The translations under genes were made by a program, and so were the position numbers. The notes under the pieces were generated by a model. It ran no database searches and was not told the origin of the DNA. It saw nothing but the letters and a program-made list of their open reading frames with translations. Shown here in pieces: positions 9,217-17,142 of a DNA stretch of 64,000 nucleotides; the first letter of the stretch is position 1, and each line of letters opens with the position of its first letter. The DNA is taken from assembly GCA_025059195.1 (NCBI GenBank), contig JANXDU010000031.1, positions 91,892 to 155,891 on the forward strand, written 5' to 3'. Origin of the DNA: Candidatus Bathyarchaeota archaeon. Its GTDB lineage: Archaea; Thermoproteota; Bathyarchaeia; Bathyarchaeales; Bathycorpusculaceae.

Positions 9217-9687
9217 TTAGCGTTCTGCTGGTTTGAAGTAGGCTATGTCGTTTATGGAGGCTTTCCGCTCGTTGGGCGGCTTGAAGACGGCTTCCACTTT
9301 CATTCCAATATAGACTTTTTCTGTTTCACCTATCCGATGGATTAACCCGCCGTGGGCCCCTTCAAACTTTATTAGGGCGTATATCTGCGGTTTCTCCAGT
9401 TTTTTGCCGTCCACGTCTATGGTGGTAATGGTGTACGTGTAGATTTCGCCGCGTTTGCCGACGTCCACCCACTCTTCAAGCTTTGTAAAACATTTTTCAC
9501 AGTAAAGCCTTGGCGGAACAAAAACCACACTGCATTTCGGGCATTTAGCCCCCATTATGCGGGCGTTCTCCTTAATCTCCTTTAAGAAGCGTTCACCCGC
9601 AACACCCAACGTGTAGCGGTAGTCCGTTTCCATGTGGCCTATCCAGTGCCGCGCATTAAGCGGGTTATTTATTTTTTCAAGGCTCAT
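9217..9687 (-). CDS. DUF35 family Zn-ribbon + OB-fold protein
   Basis: CPKCSVVFVPPRLYCEKC rubredoxin-like ribbon followed by an OB-fold-like C-terminus (GLIHRIGE...IGMKVEAVF). Last gene of the thiolase-like operon. Confidence 0.8.
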   Translation of the reverse strand: MSLEKINNPLNARHWIGHMETDYRYTLGVAGERFLKEIKENARIMGAKCPKCSVVFVPPRLYCEKCFTKLEEWVDVGKRGEIYTYTITTIDVDGKKLEKPQIYALIKFEGAHGGLIHRIGETEKVYIGMKVEAVFKPPNERKASINDIAYFKPAER

Positions 9688-9694
9688 AGGCGTT

Positions 9695-10210
9695 TCACTC
9701 CTTTATAGGCTTGAAGTATTTTATGTCGGTGATGGCGCCTACACGCTCTTCTGGAGGCTTCCAGACGGCTTTCACACGCATGCCGATTTTGATTTCCCGC
9801 CAGTCGCCGTACTCGTTCAGCCAATGAACTATCCCCATGCCCTCTGAAGCACCGTCCAAGTTTATAATAGCCACCACAATGGGCTCTTTTAGCCTAGACG
9901 CATCAGCCGCTATAAACGAGACTGAAAATGTGTTGATAGTGCCTGTGTCCTTCACATAAGTCCAGCCATCCGTTGGCTTAAAGCACTTTTCACAGTAGAT
10001 TCGCGGCGGAACCATTATGCGCTTGCACTTGCTGCAAGTGGAAGCCAAAATCCGCCCGTTCTTCAATTCTTCTAGGAAACGGCTTATAGCTATGCCGGCG
10101 CTCCAAGCGTATTTAGCCTTGGGCTTGAAACTTTCGAATAGCACTTTCCCCTCGCGGAAGTCTTGCGTTTCAATTTCCTCGCCCGGATAATGCTTAATCT
10201 TGACACTCAC
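9695..10210 (-). CDS. DUF35 family Zn-ribbon + OB-fold protein
   Basis: CSKCKRIMVPPRIYCEKC ribbon followed by an OB-fold-like C-terminus (IKIGMRVKAVW). Confidence 0.8.
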   Translation of the reverse strand: MSVKIKHYPGEEIETQDFREGKVLFESFKPKAKYAWSAGIAISRFLEELKNGRILASTCSKCKRIMVPPRIYCEKCFKPTDGWTYVKDTGTINTFSVSFIAADASRLKEPIVVAIINLDGASEGMGIVHWLNEYGDWREIKIGMRVKAVWKPPEERVGAITDIKYFKPIKE

Positions 10211-10226
10211 CCTTCAACACCCCCTG

Positions 10227-11393
10227 TTAACGTCTCAACACGATTACCGAGCTGTACTGCATTAAGTCGCCCCAAGCCTGCGCCACGCCAGTGCGTGGGT
10301 CGCCTGGCACTTGCCTTTTGCCAGCCTCCCCTCGTAGTTGCCAGAAGATTTCGCAAACCTTCATCAGTCCAGCCGCTGAAATGGGGTTTCCAACCCCTAA
10401 AAGACCGCCGGACGGGCAAACGGGCAGGTCTCCGTCCCTTTGGGTTACGCCTTCTCTGGTGAGTTTTGGCGCTTCGCCCTTCTTGCACAAGAGTAAGCCT
10501 TCCATGTGGTGAAGCTCCTTGTAGTCAAAGGGGTCGTAGGGTTCAGCAACGTCGATTTCCTTCGGCGGATTCTTTATTCCAGCCATTTTATACGCCATGC
10601 GGGCCGCATACTCTACATAGTCTGGATAGTAGAGGTCACGGTTTGTCCAGTGAGTTGAGTCTATGCACCAGCCAACTCCATCGATCCAAACAGGGTTGTC
10701 CGTAACTTCTTTGGCCACATCCTCCGAAACAAGGACAACAGCGGCCGCGCCGTCACTTGTGGGGCTGACGTCGAGGCGCTGGACAGGCCAAGCCATGATC
10801 TCGGAGTTTAAAACGTCTTCCACGGTTATGTTGGCGGCCAATTGGGCTATGGGGTTGTCTAAGGCGTTTCGCTTGTTCTTAACCGAAACGAGGGCGATGT
10901 CCTCTTTTTTGATGTTGTGCTTGTGCATGTAGCGGTTCATTTCCAAGGCGAAAATCCAAATGAGGTTCATTCCAATGGGCCTTTCAAGAATTGGATCGAA
11001 TATTGTTGTGAAGGCGTATTGTGGGTGCGGATAACAGGAAGACATTTTCTCCTCGCACACGACAAGGCATGTGTCAAATTTTCCAGAGGCAACGTGCCAC
11101 CAACCAGCCAAAGGCGCAAACACGCCGGTCGCGCCGCCCACGAAAACCCTCATATATGGTTTATGGTATGCTCCGGCGCCGTCAGCCAAATACTCGCCCT
11201 TCATATGGACTCCATCAAAGGCGTCCGGCGCCGACCCTACAACCACGCTTTGGATGTCGTGGAGCTCCATTCCAGCCTGTTCGAGAGCCATTTTCGCCGC
11301 GTGGTAGGCCAGCTCTTTACCTGTTTCTTTTAAGTTTCGTCTAAATAGGGTTACACCTGCGCCAACTATGGCTACCCGCTTTTTACCAAACAT
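10227..11393 (-). CDS. thiolase-fold (SCP-x/nsLTP-like) protein lacking the canonical thiolase catalytic residues
   Basis: Aligns along its length with the intact thiolase at 12717..13889. It has G where the nucleophilic Cys sits (FVGGATGV vs EAACSSSG), YDPF instead of HDCF, and GNP instead of GHP. Confidence 0.8.
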   Translation of the reverse strand: MFGKKRVAIVGAGVTLFRRNLKETGKELAYHAAKMALEQAGMELHDIQSVVVGSAPDAFDGVHMKGEYLADGAGAYHKPYMRVFVGGATGVFAPLAGWWHVASGKFDTCLVVCEEKMSSCYPHPQYAFTTIFDPILERPIGMNLIWIFALEMNRYMHKHNIKKEDIALVSVKNKRNALDNPIAQLAANITVEDVLNSEIMAWPVQRLDVSPTSDGAAAVVLVSEDVAKEVTDNPVWIDGVGWCIDSTHWTNRDLYYPDYVEYAARMAYKMAGIKNPPKEIDVAEPYDPFDYKELHHMEGLLLCKKGEAPKLTREGVTQRDGDLPVCPSGGLLGVGNPISAAGLMKVCEIFWQLRGEAGKRQVPGDPRTGVAQAWGDLMQYSSVIVLRR

Positions 11394-11408
11394 GTCAAAA
11401 CACCCCCT

Positions 11409-12566
11409 CTATTTCACTTTGCTTAAGACGGCTACAACGCCGGTTGCTGTTGGAATCCCACGCCAAGTATGGGCTAAGCCCACCTCGGCATCATCAATCT
11501 GTCTTGCGCCGGCTTCACCTCGTAGTTGTATGACAACCTCCAACACCTTTTGTAATCCAGAAGCCTCAAGCCCATAGCCCATTCCGAGCAGACCACCCGA
11601 CGGATTTACTGGAAATTCTCCATTCAAAGATGTTAAGCCGTCCTCCGTCAGTTTTCCTGCCTCGCCGTAATCGCACAGCTTTAGGGCTTCCATGTGCTGC
11701 AGTTCCTTGTAGGCGAACAAGTCATGGATTTCAGCAAAATCTATGTCCCGCCAAGGGTTAGTAATTTTAGCCTCCTTATAGGCCATTTCAGCTGCCAGCC
11801 GTGTGTAGACAGCCCGTGTCCAGTCGCGGGTTTCAAGGCTTGGGGTTTCAGTACACCAGCCGACACCTTTTACCCAGATAGGCTTGTCCGTAAGTTTTTC
11901 TGCGACTTTTTCCGAGGCTAAAACCATAACTATGCAGCCATCAGCTGGTGTGCTTATCTCCAACTTTTTCAGCGGGTGGAAAAGCTTCTCGGAATGCATC
12001 ACTTGGTCTAAGGTTATGTTTGCGCCGTAAGCCGCATGGGGGTTGAGTAGGGCGTTCCTCTTGTTTTTAACCACAACTTGGGCGCACTGTTCCTCTGTTG
12101 TGCAGGTTTCATACAAGTAGCGGGTCATCTCCAACCCGGCAACATAGTAGGGGTGGCCGCCCAAAGGCCTATTAAAGATTGGGTCAAACCCGAACTGAAC
12201 GATATCCGTGTACGTGAGAATGTCTGAGGCTTTGCTGTGGGCTTCTAGGACAACCGTGTCAAACTGGCCGGTCTTTATGAGCATGTAAGCTGCTGCGAGT
12301 CCAAGCATGCCGTCGCCTGTAACCGTGAACAAGTGGCGTAAGGCTGCTCCAAGCTGGTCTGGGACAAACTCGTCAAATATGCTGAAACCCTCTAAATAGT
12401 CTTCAGAACACGCCACAAAAATGTCTACGTCTTCTCTTGGGTTTATTCCGCCGGCATCCTCGTAGGCTTTAACAGCCGCCTCGAACATTAGCTCCTTGTA
12501 AGACAGCTCCGGCGTCATTGGTCTAAAGCCAACACATCCAACACCTATGATTGCAACTTCGCTCAA
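11409..12566 (-). CDS. thiolase-fold (SCP-x/nsLTP-like) protein lacking the canonical thiolase catalytic residues
   Basis: Thiolase-like throughout. It has T/G at the Cys position (TVTGDGML), HDLF instead of HDCF, and GYG instead of GHP. Confidence 0.8.
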   Translation of the reverse strand: MSEVAIIGVGCVGFRPMTPELSYKELMFEAAVKAYEDAGGINPREDVDIFVACSEDYLEGFSIFDEFVPDQLGAALRHLFTVTGDGMLGLAAAYMLIKTGQFDTVVLEAHSKASDILTYTDIVQFGFDPIFNRPLGGHPYYVAGLEMTRYLYETCTTEEQCAQVVVKNKRNALLNPHAAYGANITLDQVMHSEKLFHPLKKLEISTPADGCIVMVLASEKVAEKLTDKPIWVKGVGWCTETPSLETRDWTRAVYTRLAAEMAYKEAKITNPWRDIDFAEIHDLFAYKELQHMEALKLCDYGEAGKLTEDGLTSLNGEFPVNPSGGLLGMGYGLEASGLQKVLEVVIQLRGEAGARQIDDAEVGLAHTWRGIPTATGVVAVLSKVK

Positions 12567-12589
12567 AGTTTTCCACTCTCCTTTCCCAT

Positions 12590-12621
12590 TGTAGAACCTA
12601 TAGTTTTAGGTGCATTCTACA
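12590..12621. promoter_or_regulatory. inverted repeat in the divergent thiolase promoter region (candidate operator)
   Basis: TGTAGAA (12590-12596) and TTCTACA (12615-12621) form 7-bp inverted arms. They enclose a second small palindrome, ACCTA-n6-TAGGT. The site lies between the divergent starts at 12566 and 12717. Confidence 0.25.
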
Positions 12622-12716
12622 TAAAACTTTCCGTTAAAAATGACGGAAAATGTTGAAGAAACTTAAATACTTGTTTTAAACTATGGATTTTCTCGCAAAT
12701 TTAGGAGAAGTGTAGT

Positions 12717-13889
12717 TTGAAGGGCAAACCCCTCGCCTCAATAGTTTCCGCCGGCTTATCCAAATTTGGAAAACTTGAAGGCTTGTATGCCCGTGAAATT
12801 TTCGCCCAGGCCGCTAAAGAGGCTTATGAACGTTGCCCGCGCCTAGACCCCAAAAAAGACATAAAAGCCCTATTCATTGGGCACATGGGGGAATCTTACG
12901 AACATCAAGGACATACCGGTGCCGCGGTGGCGGATTGGGCTGGACTGCTACACATACCAGCAATAAGAACGGAGGCTGCTTGTAGCTCTTCTGGAGTGGC
13001 CCTTAGAGCGGCCATATACGCAGTAGCTTCAGGCTTATGCGACGTTGTTATGGTGGGCGGCGTTGAAAAGATGACTCATCGAAGCACTTCCGAAGTCACG
13101 GAGTTTCTGGCTATGGCTTCGGATTTCCCCTTCGAACAGTGGTATGGCATAACCTTTCCAGGACTTTTTGCGCTCATGGCAACGGCGCACATGCATAAGT
13201 ATGGCACAACAGAAGCACAGATGGCTCACGTTGCCGTAAAAAACCATTATAATGGAAGTTTAAACCCGAAGGCGCACATGCAGAAGGAAATAACCCTTGA
13301 ACAGGCTTTGTCCTCGCGGGTTATCGCTTGGCCCCTGAAGCTCTTTGATTGTTCGCTTATAACTGACGGGGCAAGCTGCCTAATCCTTACACGGCCAGAT
13401 ATAGCCAAAAAATACACAGACACACCAGTTCACATAATTGGCACTGGTCAAGCAAGCGACACCATAGGCTTGTATGAAAGGGAAGACTTCACATCGCTTA
13501 GAGCTGCAAAATTAGCGGCAAAACAGGCCTACGAAATGGCCGACGTAACCCCTGAAGACATAGACGTGGCTGAAGTGCACGACTGCTTCACCATAGCCGA
13601 AATAATAGCCTACGAAGACCTCGGCTTCTGCAAGCCCGGCGAAGGGGGGCGCCTAGCAGAAAACGGCGAAACAACCCTTAGAGGAAGGATTCCCGTGAAC
13701 ACAAGCGGAGGCCTAAAAGCAAAAGGCCACCCAGTAGGCGCCACGGGGACAGCTCAAGCCTACGAAATATACTTGCAACTCACCGGACAAGCCGAGAAAA
13801 GGCAAGTAGATGATGCGGAAATAGGCTTAACTCACAACGTAGGTGGTTCCGGCGCAACGGCAACAGTCCACATATACATAAAAGGGTGA
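12717..13889 (+). CDS. acetyl-CoA C-acyltransferase (thiolase), archaeal SCP-x type, catalytic residues intact
   Basis: Nucleophilic Cys motif RTEAACSSSGVAL, HDCF motif, and NTSGGLKAKGHPVGATG. TTG start preceded by aggag. Confidence 0.85.
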   Translation: MKGKPLASIVSAGLSKFGKLEGLYAREIFAQAAKEAYERCPRLDPKKDIKALFIGHMGESYEHQGHTGAAVADWAGLLHIPAIRTEAACSSSGVALRAAIYAVASGLCDVVMVGGVEKMTHRSTSEVTEFLAMASDFPFEQWYGITFPGLFALMATAHMHKYGTTEAQMAHVAVKNHYNGSLNPKAHMQKEITLEQALSSRVIAWPLKLFDCSLITDGASCLILTRPDIAKKYTDTPVHIIGTGQASDTIGLYEREDFTSLRAAKLAAKQAYEMADVTPEDIDVAEVHDCFTIAEIIAYEDLGFCKPGEGGRLAENGETTLRGRIPVNTSGGLKAKGHPVGATGTAQAYEIYLQLTGQAEKRQVDDAEIGLTHNVGGSGATATVHIYIKG

Positions 13890-14296
13890 AAATCATGACC
13901 GAACCCTTAACCTTCACAATAGAACAGTTCTACAAGAACATAAACCAGAAAAAACTGACCGGCGGAAAATGTCTAACATGTGGAAAAATCCACCTGCCGC
14001 CACGTCCCCTGTGTGATAATTGCCTATCAACGCAATTCAAATGGGTTGAACTACCAAGAAAAGGCACGCTTCTAACATACACGATAATTCACGTTGCGCC
14101 ATCCCAATTCCAAAAAATGACGCCTTACGCGGTTGGCATAATTCAACTGGAACACAACGTAAATCTCCCAGGAATTATAAAAGACACGCCGTTGGACAAG
14201 ATAAAGGTTGGGATGCCTCTAGAAGTAGAGCTTGAAGAAGCACCGCAATCTCAACATTGGCCCCAGTGGCCGAGATACTATTTCAAGCCAGCTTGA
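13886..14296 (+). CDS. DUF35 family Zn-ribbon + OB-fold protein
   Basis: CLTCGKIHLPPRPLCDNC ribbon followed by an OB-fold-like C-terminus. The start overlaps the thiolase stop by 4 nt (GTGA...ATGA type coupling). Confidence 0.8.
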   Translation: MKIMTEPLTFTIEQFYKNINQKKLTGGKCLTCGKIHLPPRPLCDNCLSTQFKWVELPRKGTLLTYTIIHVAPSQFQKMTPYAVGIIQLEHNVNLPGIIKDTPLDKIKVGMPLEVELEEAPQSQHWPQWPRYYFKPA

Positions 14297-14315
14297 ACAA
14301 AGATTTTTGCCCACT

Positions 14316-14996
14316 TTAAATCTTGTTGATTTGTTTTACCAGCGTAGGCAAATCCGTTATTGATGTTATTATGTAGTTTGCTCCCGCGTCTATGAGCTCC
14401 TTTGCCGTCGACGTACCAGTTAAAAATCCCACAGCCACGGCTCCAAGTTCCCTCGCGCATCTCATGTCCGCCACGCTGTCTCCTACAACTAAAGCTTCCT
14501 TTGGAGATATTTGCCCCAAAGACTTTAATGTTGCTTCAAGGTGTTCCGTGTCCGGCTTAATGTTTTTAACGTTCTCCCTTGAGATTACAGCGTCGAAAAG
14601 CCCGCTTATTTTAAATTTTTGAAGGATCTGTTTAACCGAGTTTTCGCTGTTAACCGTACATATGCCAATTTTTAATCCCATGCTTTTCAAGGCTTTCAAC
14701 ACTTCCGTCACGCCGGGTAAGAGACTTGTGGTTTTGGCGGCCTCTAACTCGTATCCTTCAGCTATTTTTAAAGCCTGTTTTCGGATTTTTTCTGCAACAC
14801 TTTCCGGTTTGCCATTGTTTTTCATGAAAATTTCAGTTTTCTTCAGCATATCAAATATGCTTTCGTTTATGGATATAACTGAAGCAGGCACGCCTTGGCT
14901 TATTAAAAAACTTCTAACTTCTGCTCTTACGGCTCTAAAGTCTAAATTGAATCTTGTTAAGGTTCCATCCAAGTCGAAGACTATAGCCCTTATCAT
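14316..14996 (-). CDS. HAD-superfamily hydrolase (phosphoglycolate phosphatase-like)
   Basis: HAD motif I at the new N-terminus (MIRAIVFDLDGTL), motif II TVNS and motif IV VGDSVADM. ATG at 14996 is chosen over the 41-codon upstream extension, which would overlap the divergent gene. Confidence 0.8.
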   Translation of the reverse strand: MIRAIVFDLDGTLTRFNLDFRAVRAEVRSFLISQGVPASVISINESIFDMLKKTEIFMKNNGKPESVAEKIRKQALKIAEGYELEAAKTTSLLPGVTEVLKALKSMGLKIGICTVNSENSVKQILQKFKISGLFDAVISRENVKNIKPDTEHLEATLKSLGQISPKEALVVGDSVADMRCARELGAVAVGFLTGTSTAKELIDAGANYIITSITDLPTLVKQINKI

Positions 14997-15095
14997 TAAG
15001 GGGCCTTCATTGCTTTGAATTTGTAGGCTAACGTTTCGATAAAGATAAAGTTTACCACCGCCTCTTTCCATACATTTATTGTGTGTGGTAGAGAA

Positions 15096-15632
15096 ATGGA
15101 CGTGTTTGAGGCTGTTCAAATAAGACGTTCAATCCGTGCTTATAAACCGACGCCCATACCAAAAGAAACGCTTGAGAAAATTTTGGAGGCAGCTAGGCTT
15201 GCCCCCTCCGCTGGGAACGTTCAACCATGGCACTTCATAGTTGTAACAAACCCTGAAAAGCGGGCAACTCTTGCAAAGGCTCCGTTTGCAAAATTCCTTA
15301 AAAAGGCGCCCGTCGTCATTGTTGGCTGTGGCGATCAGAAGGCTTCTCCGAAATGGTTTATGGTGGATGTAGCTATAGCCATGCAAAACATGGTTTTGAC
15401 AGCCACAAGTATGGGTTTAGGCACGTGCTGGGTTGGAAGCTTCGACGAAGAAAAAGTGCGTGGAATGTTGAAAATTCCAGAAAGATATCGTGTAGTGGCG
15501 CTTCTGGCCCTTGGGTATCCACAAAGGAAAATTGACATTCAAGGAAAAATTCTCCATTTGGTGAGACGGCGAAGAAAACTGGAAACGATGGTTAGTTTCG
15601 AAGAGTTTGGATTTGCGCTGCTAAGTGGATGA
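15096..15632 (+). CDS. nitroreductase-family (FMN) oxidoreductase
   Basis: MDVFEAVQIRRSIRAYKPTPIP...LEAARLAPSAGNVQPWHFIVV, typical of the nitroreductase fold. Confidence 0.85.
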   Translation: MDVFEAVQIRRSIRAYKPTPIPKETLEKILEAARLAPSAGNVQPWHFIVVTNPEKRATLAKAPFAKFLKKAPVVIVGCGDQKASPKWFMVDVAIAMQNMVLTATSMGLGTCWVGSFDEEKVRGMLKIPERYRVVALLALGYPQRKIDIQGKILHLVRRRRKLETMVSFEEFGFALLSG

Positions 15633-15671
15633 AACGCTTTAGTTAAACTGAATAACCTATTCACACTATAT

Positions 15672-15914
15672 ATGTTCAGATCAGCTATGAGTCTTGAAGA
15701 ATATGTCAAGGAGAAGCTTTGGCCGATCCTTGTGGAAACTGTCCACGCCATGGTCATGTTCCCTCATCATAAAGCCTATACAAGGGATGTTTTACTCCAC
15801 GAAAAGCCGGACATAACGCCACAGGAACTAGCTTCAAGGCTCGGTATTCCATTGGGCGAAGCTCTAGTCATCCTCTACGAGCTGAAAAACGAGGCGGGAC
15901 CTAAGGTTCACTGA
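15672..15914 (+). CDS. small hypothetical protein with a possible HTH (80 aa)
   Basis: ORF only. An HTH-like segment is present (ITPQELASRLGIPLGEALVILYEL). It overlaps the 3' end of the convergent TauE gene by 14 nt. Confidence 0.3.
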   Translation: MFRSAMSLEEYVKEKLWPILVETVHAMVMFPHHKAYTRDVLLHEKPDITPQELASRLGIPLGEALVILYELKNEAGPKVH

Positions 15915-16554
15915 CCATTCTCACAGTTGCCAAAATAAGAATTGCGCCAAGCAACACTTTGAGAGCGTCTTTCTCCACAACCCCTGCATAAGAAGCGCCT
16001 ATAAAAGCTCCTATAACCGAGCCAGCACCCATGGCGATTGCGATGATGCCCGCGTTTTTGTTGATGTGTCCCATGTTATGATGCTTTAGAAAACCAGAAG
16101 CCACCGTGGGAATGGAAACAAGAAGGCTTGCTGTCCCAGCTACTACAATGTCGAGGCTGAAGATGTAGATTAACGCCGGGATGCGAAATTCTCCGCCGGC
16201 AACCCCAAGGCTTCCTGAAATTACCCCTATTGCCAAACCAATTATAGCGGCTAGGAAGGCTTCCTCTATAAAACCGAATGTAAAAGTAAAAGCCAAGGGG
16301 ATTTCAATGAAGGGTTCAAGTCCAATTTTCAAACCCACAACTATGAGAAGGACGGCCAAAAGTTTTTTCAATGGTTTTTCTGGAATTTTATCTGTTAAAA
16401 GCGCGCCAAGATAGGCTCCAATAATTGATGTTGTGGACATCATCAAGGCTATGTTAACACTATGCCCATTTAACAAGCCCAACTGGAGACGTCTGAGGAA
16501 CGAGACAACCACCGTTAATAATCCAACGAATAAGTTTACAGCAACTGCTGTCAC
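15901..16554 (-). CDS. TauE/SafE (DUF81) family anion-exporter-like membrane protein; 5' boundary unresolved
   Basis: Polytopic protein carrying the family motif GVAGGEFRIPALIY. The same reading frame stays open up to 16755 and encodes the expected first-half motif GLIGVGGGEFRIPILIY. There is no ATG/GTG/TTG upstream of the GTG at 16554. Confidence 0.7.
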   Translation of the reverse strand: MTAVAVNLFVGLLTVVVSFLRRLQLGLLNGHSVNIALMMSTTSIIGAYLGALLTDKIPEKPLKKLLAVLLIVVGLKIGLEPFIEIPLAFTFTFGFIEEAFLAAIIGLAIGVISGSLGVAGGEFRIPALIYIFSLDIVVAGTASLLVSIPTVASGFLKHHNMGHINKNAGIIAIAMGAGSVIGAFIGASYAGVVEKDALKVLLGAILILATVRMVSEP

Positions 16555-16778
16555 TGGTGGAAATCCAATAATATAAATCAGTATTGGTATTCTAAATTCG
16601 CCTCCGCCAACGCCTATTAGTCCAGCAGCTGTTCCTAGGAAAATGCTGAGAAAGAAGGCTGCTGAGATTTTGCTAAAGGGTGGCAGAGCCTCTTCTTTGA
16701 TGGTGTCTTCCCTCCTCGTTGTGTCTTCGTATTCATATCGAATAAACTTATAAACCTAACGTACAAATACCAAAACGA

Positions 16779-17114
16779 ATGTCTAATCAAACAAAATATA
16801 AACTATCCTTTAAAATATGGCTAGAACACCGTGGAAAACCCTTAATAGGAAAGGGCGGAGCCCAAATTCTGGAGCAAATAGAGAAAGAACGTTCCATATC
16901 AAGAGCTGCTAAAAACCTCGGCATGTCTTACCGCTACGTTTGGAGCTACATAAAAAAGGTTGAAAGGACTTTGGGTAGTCCAATAGTTAAAACTTATAAA
17001 GGAGGTAGAAGAGGTGGAGGCGGCGCAAAGCTCACAAATTTCGGAAAAGAACTTTTGGAAGAGTATAGACGTGTAGAATGCCTATTAAACAAGGCGCTTG
17101 CAGAAACCAAATAA
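16779..17114 (+). CDS. ModE N-terminal-domain-like winged-helix regulator (molybdate-regulator family HTH, no Mop domains)
   Basis: GKGGAQILEQIEKERSISRAAKNLGMSYRYVWSYIKKVE...GGRRGGGGAKLT matches the ModE/COG2005 HTH signature. Divergent from the TauE-like gene. Confidence 0.8.
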   Translation: MSNQTKYKLSFKIWLEHRGKPLIGKGGAQILEQIEKERSISRAAKNLGMSYRYVWSYIKKVERTLGSPIVKTYKGGRRGGGGAKLTNFGKELLEEYRRVECLLNKALAETK

Positions 17115-17142
17115 CAAGAAAATAAACATCTTTACTACTTTA

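Noticed and set aside
10227-12566. The possibility that one of the two Cys-less thiolase-fold genes is the archaeal HMG-CoA synthase, which would make this the known thiolase/HMGCS/DUF35 complex.
   Set aside because: Both align end to end with the SCP-x-type thiolase at 12717..13889, including the GGLLG.G and C-terminal regions. They do not show HMGCS-type N-terminal or active-site motifs. HMGCS would also retain a catalytic Cys.
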